64,000 nt of DNA from Promethearchaeota archaeon (lineage in GTDB: Archaea > Asgardarchaeota > Lokiarchaeia > Sigyniarchaeales > SOKP01): assembly GCA_048938855.1 (NCBI GenBank), contig JBHLLT010000004.1:64001-128000 (forward strand), given 5' to 3'. Shown piece after piece: positions 62,329 to 64,000 of this stretch (position 1 is the stretch's first letter; every line of letters starts with the position of its first letter). Position numbers and translations under genes: made by a program. Under the pieces are notes generated by a model. It made no database searches and was not told the origin of the DNA. It was given only the letters and a program-made list of their open reading frames with translations.

Positions 62329-62650
62329 GTACTTCTTGTTTGATTTTATCTATTTGTTGATCCTTTTCTTTTTTTTTTTCATTATCTACTTGATTGTCAT
62401 TATTCTCTGAAGAAGAATTCATAAGCTGCTGTATCATCATTAACGTTATTAGGTCATCCATTCTACTGTCTTGCTGAGCATTTTTTCCACTAAAAAATCC
62501 AAATACCCCTCTATTCGAACCCGAAGATCTCGATTTGAAAAACAAATAGACAATTATAAACAATACAATAATAATAATGGCATACATTGGATTCTGTTGA
62601 TAGAAGATAAAAAATCCAAGTATTAACGCAATATAACAATATCCTTTCAT
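62306..62650 (-). CDS. Hypothetical membrane protein
   Basis: Two short N-terminal TMs and a charged tail; SD GAGGTG. Confidence 0.7.
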   Translation of the reverse strand: MKGYCYIALILGFFIFYQQNPMYAIIIIVLFIIVYLFFKSRSSGSNRGVFGFFSGKNAQQDSRMDDLITLMMIQQLMNSSSENNDNQVDNEKKKEKDQQIDKIKQEVLELLEED

Positions 62651-62671
62651 TCATTCCACCTCTTTTTTATG

Positions 62672-63415
62672 TTATTTTTCCTTCCATGGTTTTTTTGGTT
62701 TATAATGCTTACGAGAAAATTGCTTAAACTTGATCTTCTCTGGTTGTTTGAAATTTCTTGATTTTGCTTTAAATACGATTTTTCTAACCCCAATAAACGA
62801 AAATTTTAACAGTAGGTAAATAGCGGTAATAGCTATATAATAAAAAAAATCTAAAATAAAGTAGATTTGAGTGAAAATTAAAAATAACCATAAAATTAAA
62901 ACTGATAGACAAATTAAGAGAATTTGATACCAGGAATAAGCTGGATCCTTTCTAAAAGAATGAGTTATATATTGCAAATCACCTTTAGAAGGAGACGCAG
63001 TCAAAAGTAGGGAAATCAATATAAAGATTGCAATTATTTTCACTAAAGGATTAAAAGATGGAGTAAAAATTACTCCAAACCATAATAAAAAAATTAACCA
63101 CGTACTAATATAGAGGGGTGCGAAACTGATTATAATTGTTTGTAGAAAGCTTGGTGGTTTTTCAAGACTTATCGACCCATAAACGCCACCATTATTTTGT
63201 TCGGTTTTTTTCTGCCATTTGATATTAAAACTATATGGCATTTTGCCTACGACTAAACTCATTAAATAATGAGCAAGCTCATGGAAAAAGACGCCAAAAA
63301 TACAAATTCGCAGAGCAATAGGCCTTAAAACTCCAGATCTATCACTATTTATGAAACTTGACATTATTAGAGATATGAATAATATGCCAAGAAAGATCAA
63401 TGGTTCTTCAATCAT
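62672..63415 (-). CDS. Membrane zinc metalloprotease-like protein (M50B-like)
   Basis: HELAH (HExxH), APL, PS.GD within TM segments. Confidence 0.72.
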   Translation of the reverse strand: MIEEPLIFLGILFISLIMSSFINSDRSGVLRPIALRICIFGVFFHELAHYLMSLVVGKMPYSFNIKWQKKTEQNNGGVYGSISLEKPPSFLQTIIISFAPLYISTWLIFLLWFGVIFTPSFNPLVKIIAIFILISLLLTASPSKGDLQYITHSFRKDPAYSWYQILLICLSVLILWLFLIFTQIYFILDFFYYIAITAIYLLLKFSFIGVRKIVFKAKSRNFKQPEKIKFKQFSRKHYKPKKPWKEK

Positions 63416-63883
63416 GAATTATTATACCATTCATCAAATATAAAGGAAAAAATGTGGAATTTAAATATTCCAAATTAGACTTAAATATAGAAAATATCAC
63501 CTTATTTATTAAAGACAACAAATTCAGAAAGAGAGGCCATTAAATTCGTTGTTTTGATACTGTGATATTAGAAATGGTAAGATTTTACTATACTTATCTT
63601 CCAAATTTATATAAGAATCATTATAATTTTATATTTCCTTACGTTTATTGATAAGTTTTGGTTTAATCTCGTTTATTTCGAGCAATTTGCTTTCATTGAC
63701 AGAAATGTCAATGCAGAATAGAATTAAAAAAATCATAAAATTTTTGTAACTACCAAAAAACTACCCCTTGAAATTGAAGAGAAGAAAGCTTCTTTTCATC
63801 GATTAAATTTTGAAGAAAAGATTTAAAAACCAAACTCCTTCCTTATATTCTTTAGGTAAATAAAAAAAATAGTGATCAAAACA

Positions 63884-64000
63884 ATGGCAACTTATAAAGC
63901 ACTTCAAAATAGTCCGTTATCTATTATTAATTCTCACTTAGAATGTGATATTTGTGGTTCAGCAGATATTGTTGATACTTCAGAGGGATATGTATGTAGA
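63884..64000 (+). CDS. TFIIB-type zinc-ribbon protein, N-terminal part only (runs off the window)
   Basis: MATYKAL...ECDICGSADIVDTSEGYVCR. Confidence 0.6.
   Translation, partial: MATYKALQNSPLSIINSHLECDICGSADIVDTSEGYVCR

Overview
AT-rich archaeal chromosomal window. The gene content (ESCRT-II/III plus Vps4, a Rab-like GTPase, longin/roadblock proteins, archaeal FEN1/RadA/RPA, an intron-containing tRNA) points to an Asgard archaeon, most likely Lokiarchaeia. Roughly 1-44 kb is mostly housekeeping and metabolism (LarC/LarB, PGK, tRNA-Val, tRNA-Gly, ESCRT locus, RNA modification, transporters). Roughly 44-64 kb is a DNA-repair and signalling island (RPA, FEN1-like, RadA and RadB-like paralogs, TFB-like proteins) whose genes share an unusual promoter motif. 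Two things the ORF track misses stand out. (1) At 59.3-61.5 kb on the minus strand there are five small two-transmembrane genes, each with one in-frame TGA in the loop between the helices, followed by three covarying eukaryote-type SECIS-like hairpins. This is a candidate new membrane selenoprotein family in which one SECIS appears to serve two cistrons. (2) A 30-nt bulge-helix-bulge intron appears to interrupt a metallo-beta-lactamase-fold protein-coding gene at 28320-28349. All calls were made by eye, with no database searches.
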